A stretch of 64,000 bases of DNA from Octopus sinensis (lineage: Eukaryota), in assembly GCF_006345805.1 (NCBI RefSeq), contig NC_043004.1, positions 13,082,001 to 13,146,000 on the forward strand, given 5' to 3'. The notes under the pieces are model-generated. The model saw only the letters and a list, made by a program, of their open reading frames with translations. It was not told the DNA's origin and ran no database searches. The first letter of the stretch is position 1, and every line of letters starts with the position of its first letter. This document shows, piece by piece, positions 37,532 to 49,729 of this stretch. The position numbers and the translations under genes are program-made.

Positions 37532-39521
37532 GACGTAAACATCCAATTCACGATGGAATATAGCCAACAACAACTCCCCTTCCTCGATATCCTCATTAAG
37601 AAAGCTAATAATATAATAGAAACAGACATATACTTAAGCCTACAGACTCTAAGCAATATCTCCATTCAATTCATGCCACCCCAGACACACCAGGATGAAT
37701 ATCCCCTTCAATCTAGCAAAAAGGATATGCACTATAGTCTCTAACGCAAACACCCGAGGACACACGACTACAAGAACTAAAAGATACCCTAATCACCAGG
37801 AACTATCCACCTTCACTTATTGACAAATGCATTCAACGTGGCCCTTCAACTTAACATCAAGGAACTGAGACATCCCAAATCAAAGAAAAACTTACAACCA
37901 AAAGCCTTACCATACATCTCCACACAAACCCTCTCAATAACGAAGCCTTCGACACCATCCTCCACAACATACCCCTCCTAAAAAAAGACCACAGAATGAA
38001 CACAATCCTCCAAACACACACGATCATAAAAAACAAAAGACAGCCTAGATCCATGAAAAGTCTCCTTACACAAGCCCGAATTCACTCTTCAACACAGAAG
38101 CCGACAGTAAAAAAATGTGGAAGACCCAATTGCGGGATATGCGACTATCTAATCGAGGGTTCTGAGTTCTCCTTCAAACAGGGACACGTTTTACAGTGAA
38201 AAGCAACTTCACATGTGCTTCGGAGAACCTAATATACTCACTAACCTGCTCCGGGTGTCAAGAGCAGTACATAGGCCAAAAAAAATGGTTTGCGTAAACG
38301 AATGGCCCTGCCAGATCCCAGATAAAAATTCCCCAAAACAGAAAAATAGCTTTTAGCCAACACATAGATACTTGCGCAAACAAAAAAACACCAAACTTCA
38401 GAATTTTCCCCCTCTACCAATTTAGGGACGATACAACCTCGAGACAACGAATAAGTAAAGAAAATCTCTTTATTACAAAATACAAGCCACTTCTTAACGG
38501 GTCTACGACAAACAATTAATATACCTCAACTTTAGAATAAAAGAAAAAAATATATATACACACACAAAAATACACACTCAATAGAATCCATTACTAATCA
38601 GCCCCTTCATAGCTATATTTACATTCATATTCTCCCTTCTCTGTTTTTTCTTCTTCTTCTTCCTCTTCTTCTTCATCATCAACGTTATCATCATCATCGG
38701 CATCATCATCATCGCCACCATCATCACCACCATCTTCTCCTTCTCCTCCTTCTTCTTCTTCTTCTTCTTCATCATCAGCGTTATCATCATCATCGTCGTC
38801 ATAATCATCACCACCACACACCATCATCGTCATCTTTCTTCTCCTCTCCTTCTTCTTCTTCTTCTTTTCTTCTTCATCATCACGTTATCATCATCATCGG
38901 CATCATCATCATCGCCACCATCATCACCACCATCTTCTCCTTCTCCTCCTTCTTCTTCTTCTTCTTCTTCATCATCAGCGTTATCATCATCATCGTCGTC
39001 ATAATCATCACCACCATCACCATCATCGTCATCTTCTCCTTCTCCTTCTCCTTCTTCTTCTTCTTCTCTTCTTCTCTCTCCACCCCCTACCCCTTAAGTT
39101 GTCACTAATGTTTTTTAGTATAACACCTACGCTAATTCTATAAAGAAGCCTGTCACACATAAATATTCTCCTGAATTGAACTGAGACTGCCAGCCGCCAC
39201 TGACCATTCAAAATACGACCATCAGGGCACTCCCAGATTCTCCCACCCCCTTTCCTCACCAGCCTTCTCTCTACTACCTACCAAGAGCTCACAACTACCT
39301 CGAACACACAAGTGCAAACAAGGGAGTCAGAGAAAGGCAGAATGCCACTTAAATCTGAACACTACTATAGAAATATTCTTTTAAAAAAACTTTTCTTCTA
39401 ATTTTTCTAAATTTAATTATTTAATCGTTACAGTTGAAAAGGTCTCAAAATGACCGAAACCGGTACTGAAATGTTCACTATAAAATTATTTTAGCATTTT
39501 CTATTTTTTACTTGTTTTTTC
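37532..39521 (+). mobile_element. Inverted copy of the same Penelope-like element; right arm of the palindrome
   Basis: Reverse complement of 35595-37385 with scattered 1-bp indels and an extra ~200-bp duplication of the TTC/ATC-rich block (about 38860-39060). Confidence 0.93.
39427..39472 (+). ncRNA. Minimal type I hammerhead ribozyme (U3-A8 core variant), right arm
   Basis: Identical to the left-arm motif: GTTACAGTTGAAAAGGTCTCAAAATGACCGAAACCGGTACTGAAAT. Confidence 0.75.
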
Positions 39522-39555
39522 ATATATATCAACTCGTGTGTTCCTTTTCACCCTT

Positions 39556-39597
<42 letters not shown>

Positions 39598-39703
39598 ATA
39601 TGTGTGTGTGTTTGTGTGTGTGAGTGTGTGTGCATGTATGTATTAATATATATATGTATATGTACATACATATATTACATATATACTACATATATACACA
39701 GAA

Positions 39704-39737
<34 letters not shown>

Positions 39738-40396
39738 GTATATAGGTGTGTGTGCATATTGGCAAATATATAAATACACATGTATGTATTTATGTTCATG
39801 AGTATATATATATATAACATATATGTATCTGTGCGTTTGTGTGCGCGCGTCTGTGTATACACGTGGGAGTACGTGTGTGTTTGTATGTGTACTTTATATG
39901 CAGATGCGTTTCGGATAACTGCTTTTATTCTAAATTTCAGTTTTCGTTGTGCTAAGATTCGTCAATGAGTTTTATTCCTTTTTTCTCCATCATGTTTCTC
40001 AGACATCATTCGCCTCTTTCACACACAGCATGTATATCAATTCCTATTGAAGATATATACCCAACAACAAAACTAACTTTTCAAGTTTCACGATTTGCCA
40101 CAAGGAATGCTATATACATCTGCCCTTGAAGAAATTCGTGAGATTTAAATTATTGGTACCAGCAACAGTTTGACTTTAAACTTAAAACACAAATATACTT
40201 TGCATTCAAACATTTTTTCTTGTGATAGAGATATCACCAATCAACCAACCTATTTGTTTTCTATCATCTATTTCTCCATTACTGATTCCCGCAACGTTTT
40301 TCCTTTTCTTGCAACAATACTCTTCTATTAGTTTTTCTTTTTTGGACGCCTCTCTCTCTCTTTCTTTCTTTCTTTCTATCTGTCACTCTCTCTCTC

Positions 40397-40485
<89 letters not shown>

Positions 40486-40539
40486 GTTTAGAGAGAGAGA
40501 GAGCGTGTGTGTGTGTAAGTGTGCTTGTACATATATATA

Positions 40540-40583
<44 letters not shown>

Positions 40584-40680
40584 ATACAAACATGAAAACA
40601 CAAACAGAAAACACAACAACGCGTGGACGTAGAACAAGTATAGTGGTATTGGACGCTAAGGAAGGAAAGAAAGAAGGAAG

Positions 40681-40718
40681 ATTTAATGTTTCGAGTGGAG
40701 CGCTTCGTCAGAAACATA
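40681..40718 (-). ncRNA. Degenerate hammerhead-like motif in a short non-coding repeat (~40605-40790)
   Basis: Minus strand TATGTTT-CTGACGA-AGCGCTCCACTC-GAAA-CA-TT-AAAT. The core is intact, stem I is GTTT/AAAT, and stem II has mismatches. Confidence 0.4.
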
Positions 40719-40808
40719 GGAAGAGGAAAAATCCAAGGAAGGGAAGACGAAGGAAAAAAATCGCCAACGATACACACGAAGTCACATCTATATATATAGA
40801 GATATCTA

Positions 40809-40920
<112 letters not shown>

Positions 40921-40932
40921 ATATATATATAT

Positions 40933-41018
<86 letters not shown>

Positions 41019-41609
41019 AATATATAGATAGATATAGATACACACACGTCCATACGTATACATTGGTATGTATATCATCTTCCGCTATATCTCTAATTGT
41101 AGTCCGCTTACTGTGTCTTCCACACTCAGTTATTCACTCCTTTTTTTTCCTTCTTTCTCCATATATATCTTTATCTTCCACCGACGATACAGACCAAGAC
41201 GAAAAAAAAAAAGGTGAAACTAAAAACATGAAACAAAATCATTAGATGCAAGCACCAGAAAAGCAATCATAGGTCCAACGCCCGGATGTATCACTGAAGT
41301 TTCTAATATTTTGAAGTAGCTCTTCAGGAAATGTCCGATAATAAGATAATATCTCTTCCTGCGGGTACTTAATTTATTCCCATGAATACCCGCATGCACA
41401 TAAACACGCACACGCATAACATACATACATATATATATATACATACATACATTCATACATACATACATACAGCCATACATACATATATATATACATACAT
41501 ATATATATATATATACACATACACACAAGCACCCACTCATGCAAACAGACGCAGAAACATATACACCTATGTATACACATATACTTACCTATATACATAC
41601 ATGTATATA

Positions 41610-41665
<56 letters not shown>

Positions 41666-42028
41666 GCATATATATATATATATATACTATATATATATAT
41701 ATATATACACACATATATATATACCTATACATATATATCTGTATATATCGGTATGTGTGTGTGCGTGTGTGCGTGCGTGTGCGTGCATTTGAACTTCGCT
41801 ATATGTTTGGAGGACAAATCTATTCGCACAAATCTCTCTATATTCTTTCAAGTAGAGACGAACGCAGAAAAGGTGTGTTGTATCGAAACATTCCTACATT
41901 TAATACATAAATTATCCCCACTACGCACACAGACACTGACACACACTCACTCACACATACACATACACGTAAACACACACATGTGTTTATTGCATGCATA
42001 TATTTTATATATATTTTATATATATATA

Positions 42029-42068
<40 letters not shown>

Positions 42069-42071
42069 ATA

Positions 42072-42140
<69 letters not shown>

Positions 42141-42394
42141 TATAAGTATAGATATGTATACTAAAATTAATGCACATACGTATATACATACATATATACG
42201 TGTATAGATATATATACAAAACTTACTATACATGCTTATATATATATATATTATATATATATATACATATTTATCTATCTACCTATTTATATATCTGTTT
42301 ATACATCTATAAATCTATCTATCTATATATCTATCTATATATATATATACATGTATATATATATATTTGTTTATATATATATGTATATATACAC

Positions 42395-42476
<82 letters not shown>

Positions 42477-42699
42477 GGATGAATCTATGTATATAATATA
42501 TATATAAATATATATATATATAGTGAATATTACTGAATATTGATTACTCGATAAATAGCTAGAAGAAAATGTTGATTAAATTTCTGTACGTTTCTATTGA
42601 GAATCTAACAATGTTCAAACAACAGATTTTCATTATTGAAGATTAAATTGTCTTCTTCATCCCATCCTTGCAGATTATTATATTTTGCATTTGTTTAAG

Positions 42700-43350
42700 G
42701 TTTTTATCTTCTTTTATTGTTCTTGAAGCGACTTCCTGTTATTTGCAACTCATTAGTTTTCCCGTATCTCTATCAACCATCAACTATTGTGAGTGCAGTA
42801 TCGTCTCATTTTACTGTTCATCCCTATGCATTGAGATCATATATCTCTAAAAAGTGAAATAAACGTGGGAGATATATTGATGCCTTGATCAAGGTTTCTT
42901 ATAATACTATTATTCACTAATAAAATATCACAGAAAAAATATTTATTTCTCCCAAATGTTCCACTCCTTCGTTTCTTTTCTTCTTTTTCCAAGAGTGAGA
43001 ACAGTCGGCATAGTATTACCTGACCATTTTAAGAGAAGATTTCATTGTTGTTGTTATATATGTACAGATGAAAAATTTCCCAGCTGTGGCCAATCGGTCT
43101 TGTTTTTAGATATAATGTATCTCGAACCATTTTATATTTCCTTATTGTAAGACTCTAATGTATTCTTTGGTTTTCTCAAAGGTTATTAGTTTCTGAAAGA
43201 TTGAGCAACATATTGGGAGAGAGGGACTCTCTTTATCTCATACTTTAAAAATACAATGGAGTTGAAGATAACCTTGAAACTTTAAAGACTAGTACTCCAG
43301 AGAAAATGTTGGTCAAGTAGAATTTACAAATTTACAAATCATTGCTAATG
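42700..43350 (+). mobile_element. Heavily decayed R4/Dong-like RT fragment
   Basis: Fragments KISLLLLYMYR*K (KISHLLYMDDLK-like) and LGERDSLYLIL*KYNGVE (LGEKETYKYLGILEADTIKQVE-like) occur in the expected order. Confidence 0.35.
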
Positions 43351-43694
43351 AAAGAATATTGTGTAAAATATACACTTTGGATTTTCGACTGTGGAGAATA
43401 TAGGGCAAATATTGAAACGATTCGGTAGTAAATAGTCAATTAGGAATCTAGTAATAATTAAAATAATACTATGAACACGTGTAATATATATTATACATGT
43501 TTCGTATCGCATTTCTGTACATATGTCTTCTCGAATTTCTGTTTTAATTTCCATTACTATTTTATACAATCCAATTGTATAAATATTTTAACGTACATAT
43601 TGTTATAGTAGGAGCTTGTTCTTACATTCATTTCTCCAGGTATTTTCTGTTATCTTTTGATAATCAGGATCACAGATACACGCAGGTATCTGCC

Positions 43695-43728
<34 letters not shown>

Positions 43729-44092
43729 CCTGGCAATTTGTGTCTATCTGTCTGTTACCATCTTACTGCCTATATCAACGATCTAACCTTCACGAAACTT
43801 TGCACATATGTTAAACTAACATCCAGTTCAATTATAGGCTAATTGGATTTCAATAGAAGTCGATAATGGTCCCTAAGAATCGATAATGCACCCCCCCCAT
43901 ATGGGTTCGACTATTATATGACAAAATGAGAAGTGTGGAAAATGTGTTAGGTTGAGGGAAATATGATGGCATAATGTGGGTGGCTGATATGAGGGAATAG
44001 GAGGAGACAGGAAGAGACAGAGAGACAGGGAATATGAGATACAGAGTGAATGAGCCACAGGGACAAAGCATAAGAGAGTGTTTGTGTTTTGT

Positions 44093-44500
44093 GAAGGGAA
44101 CAGCAAATTTTAATACTTTGTTCTTTAATTTTTACCGAACGCTTTTACTTAACGCTTTAGTGAATTAATTCACGTATGCTCAGTTAAAATTTTTCAAAAT
44201 GTCCAACAACAGATGCTAATCTAACAAATGAAAGGTGAAATGCTTTTATATTTGTTTTCAAATCACCGTATTAAGATTTATTAAAACTTTACCAACATAC
44301 TGAAGCAATAAAACTATAGATAATATAATTTATTTTCTTCCATAGATGAATACGCCGCCGTTGACGGACAATTTCTAGAATAGAATGTTATATATAAATT
44401 TTTATTAATTCCATGTCAGACCATGCATTTTTCAACAGATAGGTCCCTTGATCAGTAGAAATTTGTGCAATCGTTCGCAAAAACTTTCCTTGACGATCTT
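44093..44500 (+). repeat. Diverged direct duplication, copy 1 (copy 2 at 44866-45250)
   Basis: Colinear shared blocks: GAAGGGAAC, TCTTTAATTTTTACC, AACGCTTTAGTGAAT, ATGTCCAACAACAGATG, TATTAAAACTTTACC, ACTGAAGCAATAA, CCATAGATGAA, ATTCCATGTCAGACCAT, CTTGATCAG. Confidence 0.85.
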
Positions 44501-44865
44501 TTTTCCTTTTTAAATTATTTACATGTTTGTTCAATCGTTTCCTATGATTTTATTAATTAAACTTATTAAAACCTCAGAAGTTCTCACAACTTTGGTTGTC
44601 GTAATGCTTTGCTTTCGTTTGTTTAATAAAAATTCCTCTCAGTAATGATTTTGTTTCCATTTATAGACAACTATCATGCAGAAAATGCCAGCTTCCAAAT
44701 ACGGTTTTCTGATTAGGTAAAACTGATTAAGTTGTAAAACCCAATATCAGGGAAAGGGAAGAGGCAGCAAGAGTAAGGGAATGTTAAAGAGCGAGAACGA
44801 GAGAGAGAGAGAGAGAGAGAGAATGAGAGATAGGTACTGTGCAGGAGAGAGAGAATGTTTTTATT

Positions 44866-45250
44866 GAAGGGAACGACGATTTTTAATATTTTTTCTTTAA
44901 TTTTTACCTATCACTCAACGCTTTAGTGAATAAACTATCGTAAGCACAGTCAAAACTTTTACAAGATGTCCAACAACAGATGTTAAACTAATAAGAGAAA
45001 GTTAAAGTGTGTTTATATTAATTCTCAAATAATCATATTAAGAATTATTAAAACTTTACCGAAGTACTGAAGCAATAACATTATAGATAGTGTCTTTCAT
45101 TTTCATCCATAGATGAAATGCTAGTCGTTGTCTTGCAGTTTTTACATGGGATGTCTTATATACGTATTTTGTTTATTCCATGTCAGACCATCCCTTCCCC
45201 GATAGAGAAGCCTCTTGATCAGGACCGATTTGTGAATTTTTTCGCCATGA
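44866..45250 (+). repeat. Diverged direct duplication, copy 2
   Basis: See 44093-44500. Confidence 0.85.
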
Positions 45251-45561
45251 TAATAATCAACCATCAATCGTTTCATAGTTCCACATCGTCAATCGTCTCA
45301 TCCTTCCAACCATCCACCAATTCTTCTTTGATATTACCTTAACATTACAATCAATCAATATTATGATTCAACTGTATTATTTACCAGTATTTGTAAATCT
45401 ATCCCACGTCACTGTGTATTTGTAAATCTATTTGAAATTGAAACGGAAACTGAAAAGCGAACGGAAGAGGACATGAAACAGTGTAATGGGAACTGGAAAT
45501 AACTCCCGCTTTCCGGATATTACCGGGTAATTCAGCTAGTATCTATATATATATATATATA

Positions 45562-46392
45562 CAGGCACAGGAGTGGCAAGATGCTAAGAAACATGCTTTC
45601 CAACTACATGGTTCCTGTTTCAGTCTCACTGCTTGGCATCTTGTGCAAGAATTTTCTACTATAGCCTCGGACCGAGAAAAGCCTTGTGGCTGGATATGGT
45701 GGACGGAAAGTGAACGAAGCCAGTCGTATATCTTTATATATAAAAGTAAGGTTGTGTGCTGTCTGTCTCCTACGATTTAGATTCCTAACTACTCCCACAT
45801 TTTGCGGTGCAGTTTAACCAAAACCGGGTATCTTATAGTCGTGATTCATATCGAGCCCTTCTGGGTATTAGCGCGCGTCTACGATGAGTCAACGATTTAA
45901 AAAAAAATTTATCATCAATTTTTCCCATTTTTAATGCATTTTTGGCATATATAAGGGAAGTAACTCTCTAAAAATTTATTATTAAATCTCAGAACGTAAA
46001 AAGCTACAGTAACACCCCACTTTGTGGTTAGCCATATTGAGATGGCTATTATATTTTACATCTCTAAAAATGCTTATATAGTTATTTCCCTTACAAACTC
46101 GAGCAACGCCGGGCGATACTGCTAGTATATATATATATATATGTGTTGTGTGTGTGTGTGTGTGTGTGTGTGCCTGCATGTGCGTGTGTGTGTATTTGTG
46201 TCTGTGTTTGTCTACTACTTCACTTGACAACAGCAGTTGGTGTGTTTACGTTTCATGAACCTAGCGATTCCGCAAAAGACACCGATAGAGTAAGTACTAA
46301 GCTTGCAAAGAATGTCCTGTGCTCGATTTGTTCGACTAAAGGCGGTGCTCCAGCATGGCCGAAGTCAAATTACAGAAACAAAGGAAAAAAGA
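45562..46392 (+). mobile_element. SINE family C copy interrupted by a non-autonomous Helitron
   Basis: The 5' half (45562-45730) ends …GAAGCCAGTCGTATA. The 3' half (46126-46392) resumes with microsatellite…CTTGACAAC…GGTGTGTTTACG…GGCGGTGCTCCAGCATGGCCG. Confidence 0.85.
45731..46125 (+). mobile_element. Non-autonomous Helitron, 395 bp, both termini intact
   Basis: Inserted between A and T. It has a 5' TC, a subterminal hairpin CTCG-A-GC-AAC-GC-CGGG (46099-46113) and a 3' CTAG, the canonical Helitron hallmarks. Confidence 0.85.
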
Positions 46393-46547
46393 AACGAATA
46401 TATATATATATATATATTTATAGGAGAGTATTCGCTTGAAGCATGTGTACTGTTTGTATAGAGGAAAATGTTTTGAATGGTACAACAATGCACTATTATA
46501 CAAACAATGGGCTATATATATACTTGTAATTTAATCATCCATCGTCT

Positions 46548-46586
46548 GATATGATATTTCGGAATAAAATTCCTTCTTCAGATATC
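46548..46586 (-). ncRNA. Minimal type I hammerhead ribozyme of the second PLE
   Basis: GATAT-CTGAAGA-A-GGAAT ttt ATTCC-GAAA-TA-TC-ATATC: 5-bp stem I, 5-bp stem II, palindromic ATAT stem III and an AUC triplet, about 350 nt downstream of the ORF end. Confidence 0.8.
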
Positions 46587-47525
46587 CTTAGATGGAGTCG
46601 CTGCTATAATCATTTTTCCAACGGCTTTTCTTTATAATTTTGTTTTTGAAGCGTATCAGCAGTGATCTCACGAATATCCTTCCGGAATTCCTCATGAGAA
46701 ATGCGTGAGGTCGGCCATGTCTCAGTCTTGTGTGTGCTGGTACATCCGTAGCGCTGCTTCTAAGTTATAAGTTATGTAGTATACATGCAGCTTCCTTTTT
46801 TTCCCCTTCTTTTCTTCTATTTTTTTTTTTGCTATGAACTACAGATGAGCATATTATAAAAAATTAACCTACACGCATCCAGATGTAGCTAAGTAATATA
46901 TTGATTACCAACCTCCAGCCTTTTGTTAATTTGGGGCCCCAGTCTGTGTATGAGTATAGCTTCCTTAATTCTTAATTTGCCCAAATTTCTTTCATTGATC
47001 TCAGTTGTGACTTTTGTCGGTTTTCCGGCATCTGTCAATATGTTTTCTGAAGGAGGAAGCTCTCATGTTCAGATGTTCTTTGATGCGGATATGTAACGGT
47101 CTTGTTGTGCCACCTACATAGAACTAATTTCATTTGTTACATTGTATTCTATACACAACATTTATCCGTTGGCATAAATCTGTGTCACGGGTAAGACAGT
47201 TTGTTAGTGCACATTGATCGTTGTCCCTTGTTTGCTTTTCTTGCGAGGTGTCCTCTCAGAGAGAGGCCGGAGTGGGGTAGTTGTATGTCTAAAGCTTTTC
47301 TTATGGCTCTTCCGGTGGATGTAGTTATCCTCTCCGCTAAAATGGGGGTATTTTAAGGAAGCATGTGTTGCTGGGTTTTCTATGTGTTCGGCGCGTTGTT
47401 CGTCTTGGGTACTTAAGCCGATTTACAATGGATGTAGGGTACCCGTTGGTTTTCAATATATCTAGGAAGCGTGTAGTGTGGCTCACCTTGTCCTCCGTTC
47501 TGCTGCACTTACCCTGGATGTGCAA
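46548..47525 (-). mobile_element. Second Penelope-like element family, degenerate 3' portion (thumb, GIY-YIG, 3' hammerhead)
   Basis: KCSRTEDKVSHTTRFLDILKTNGYP (thumb), QCALTNCLTRDTDLCQRINVVYRIQCNK*N*FYVGGTTRPLHIRIKEHL (GIY-YIG), LRIKEAILIHRLGPQINK. Confidence 0.88.
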
Positions 47526-48350
47526 GTTCATTTCTGGCATAACCTATTTTGGCACCGACTGGAATTGCTGAATTGTATTGGACAGATATATCTCTACTGG
47601 CTACTTTCCTGTAGAACTGACACTGGATACATTAATAAAAATTCAAGAACAAAATTGGTAAAAATTTTTCTTTCCAAACTTTGGTTGATGCTATGTCTTA
47701 GGTTTCAATAATTATGGATATAATATGTCCTATTGAAATTTCATTCCATTCAAATTCATTGCTGAAAAATACAACCACGCAATTATAATATTTTCTAATT
47801 CCTAAAAAGATGTTTTTTTTATTTTCTACTTCATATTGTACTGCAGGTAAAATATTATTCTTAATATTTGGAATACACTGAAAAAATAACAAATGTCAAA
47901 AGGCTGGTCGATTCCTCAAAACAAAAAAAAAAAACAGATACGAAACATAAATATATTAACTCAGTATAGGAATTTTAATCTTGCAATATATATTTATTTA
48001 GCAATATTTGTAATATGTTGGCCTGAAGTGGAAATCCAGATTACAAAATAACTACCATTATATGATGTCAGTTATGTTTTACTTGAATTTACCTTAATTA
48101 CGTAAATCTATTGGGATATTATTGTGTATAAGAGATGTTAAATAACTGGCCTGCAGGGAGTAGAGTTAGATAAAGCCATATTCATTGATCTACATTTTGT
48201 TCTCTCAACTCATCCATTTTGGATGAAATTCTCAATTGTCGGAGGTGGGACTTAAAACAAGTAAAGAATTGCATTTAACATCTCTATGACAACGGGATTG
48301 CAAAATTCTCCAAATTGCTATTATAAAATACAAAACACACCACGAAGAGA
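47525..48350 (-). pseudogene. Putative decayed LRR fragments
   Basis: Minus-strand fragments ENKM*INEYGFI*LYSLQ…HNNI, FFQCIPNIKN, KNIFLGIRK…WNEIS, LEFLLM…YICPIQFSN. Pattern-level similarity only. Confidence 0.25.
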
Positions 48351-48959
48351 TGTGTGCAATTCAAATGTTAAACATAAAACTCAAATAAACATCATAAATA
48401 CGGTTTACAGTCACGTTTCAAAAGAATCACCGTGAATAAAACTGACATTATAAATTTTAGCAGTGACAAACTGAGGAAATTCGTAATGCAAGCTGTTTTT
48501 GCATAAAATATCAGTTAAATATTTAATTTTGCCACCGACAAATTTACCATATGTAGATCGATCTCACCACTGCAATTATGTTCTAATTTTTGCCTGATTT
48601 AAATAGCAATTGCTATTCTGTTCGCGGAAAAATTTAGGGTATTTATTCTATTAGAATCTGACAAACATCTTTGAAACAGAATAAGTTGTTATTCGAAACA
48701 ATAACAATATAACAATATACATCGCCATTTTTTGGTTTTCTATAGCAATGGCTTTACAGATTGTTAGCTCCTACATAACTGTTTAGTTATTTACTATTTA
48801 AATATTATAGTAAGAATTCTACGAAGAATGGTAACAAATTATCAACGACTTCATCATGTTTAGTGCATTTGTGAAAATGAGAGGTTCATGACCGTACCGG
48901 ACCAACTCGAATTGAATAAATACCATCAAATAATATTGTTTCACACATAGAATTATATA

Positions 48960-49029
<70 letters not shown>

Positions 49030-49474
49030 CTTTTTCACTTCCCGAGCGTTAAACTAATACATGTTTGTTGTCTACACCACCTGTCTTCGTCTTTTGCTTT
49101 TTGTGAATTGTCCCTATATATATATATATATACATATATTATATATATATATATATATATATAAATATTTAAATAATGAGGGAGATAAATTAATATTAAT
49201 TTTAATATCAATTTAAAACCAATAGTCCAGCATACAAAAAATCTGAGAAGTCAGAGAGAAAATTCTAATATATGTGTATATTGGAGGGCTTACTAGGAGG
49301 GGTCGGCCGTATGCTAGAAATAGACCATCAACGATCAAACACAAGGAAATTCTCTAGAGGAAAAGTACAGCGAACACCAGAACCAAATTTGGCGGGCAGG
49401 ACAGATGAAAATTTATATAAAAAAACAGAATTAAATGCATACTTCGGTTTCGGCCTTAACATATATATATAATA

Positions 49475-49550
<76 letters not shown>

Positions 49551-49729
49551 TTGTTATATATATATACTATAGTGCGTGTATGTGTATGCATGTTATATCA
49601 GTCAAAACAAATCAGTCATATTTTTATATAATGGCGTCTAACCAGTATTATTGATCAATTGTTGATGTCTTTCTTTCCTGTTCAGCTTGGGTCGAGGAGA
49701 ATATAAGCAGAGATATTCTAGTTGTGAAA

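Noticed and set aside
41290-41340. Minus-strand CTGAAGA…GAAA spacing resembling a hammerhead
   Set aside because: No paired stem II between the core halves; a chance match.
45105-45200. SIDEMLV resembling the piggyBac catalytic motif
   Set aside because: Only 5-7 residues match, the downstream GR…YxPxKPxKYG motif is missing, the paralogous copy does not keep it, and there are no TTAA/TIR ends.
47124-47132. In-frame TGA at the second Cys of the CxxC in the PLE GIY-YIG domain (possible selenocysteine, as reported for some Naiad PLEs)
   Set aside because: TGC/TGT to TGA is a single substitution, a TAG stop lies two codons away, the other Cys codons are normal, and I could not identify a SECIS. 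Simple decay is the better explanation; a family consensus with a fixed TGA would reopen it.
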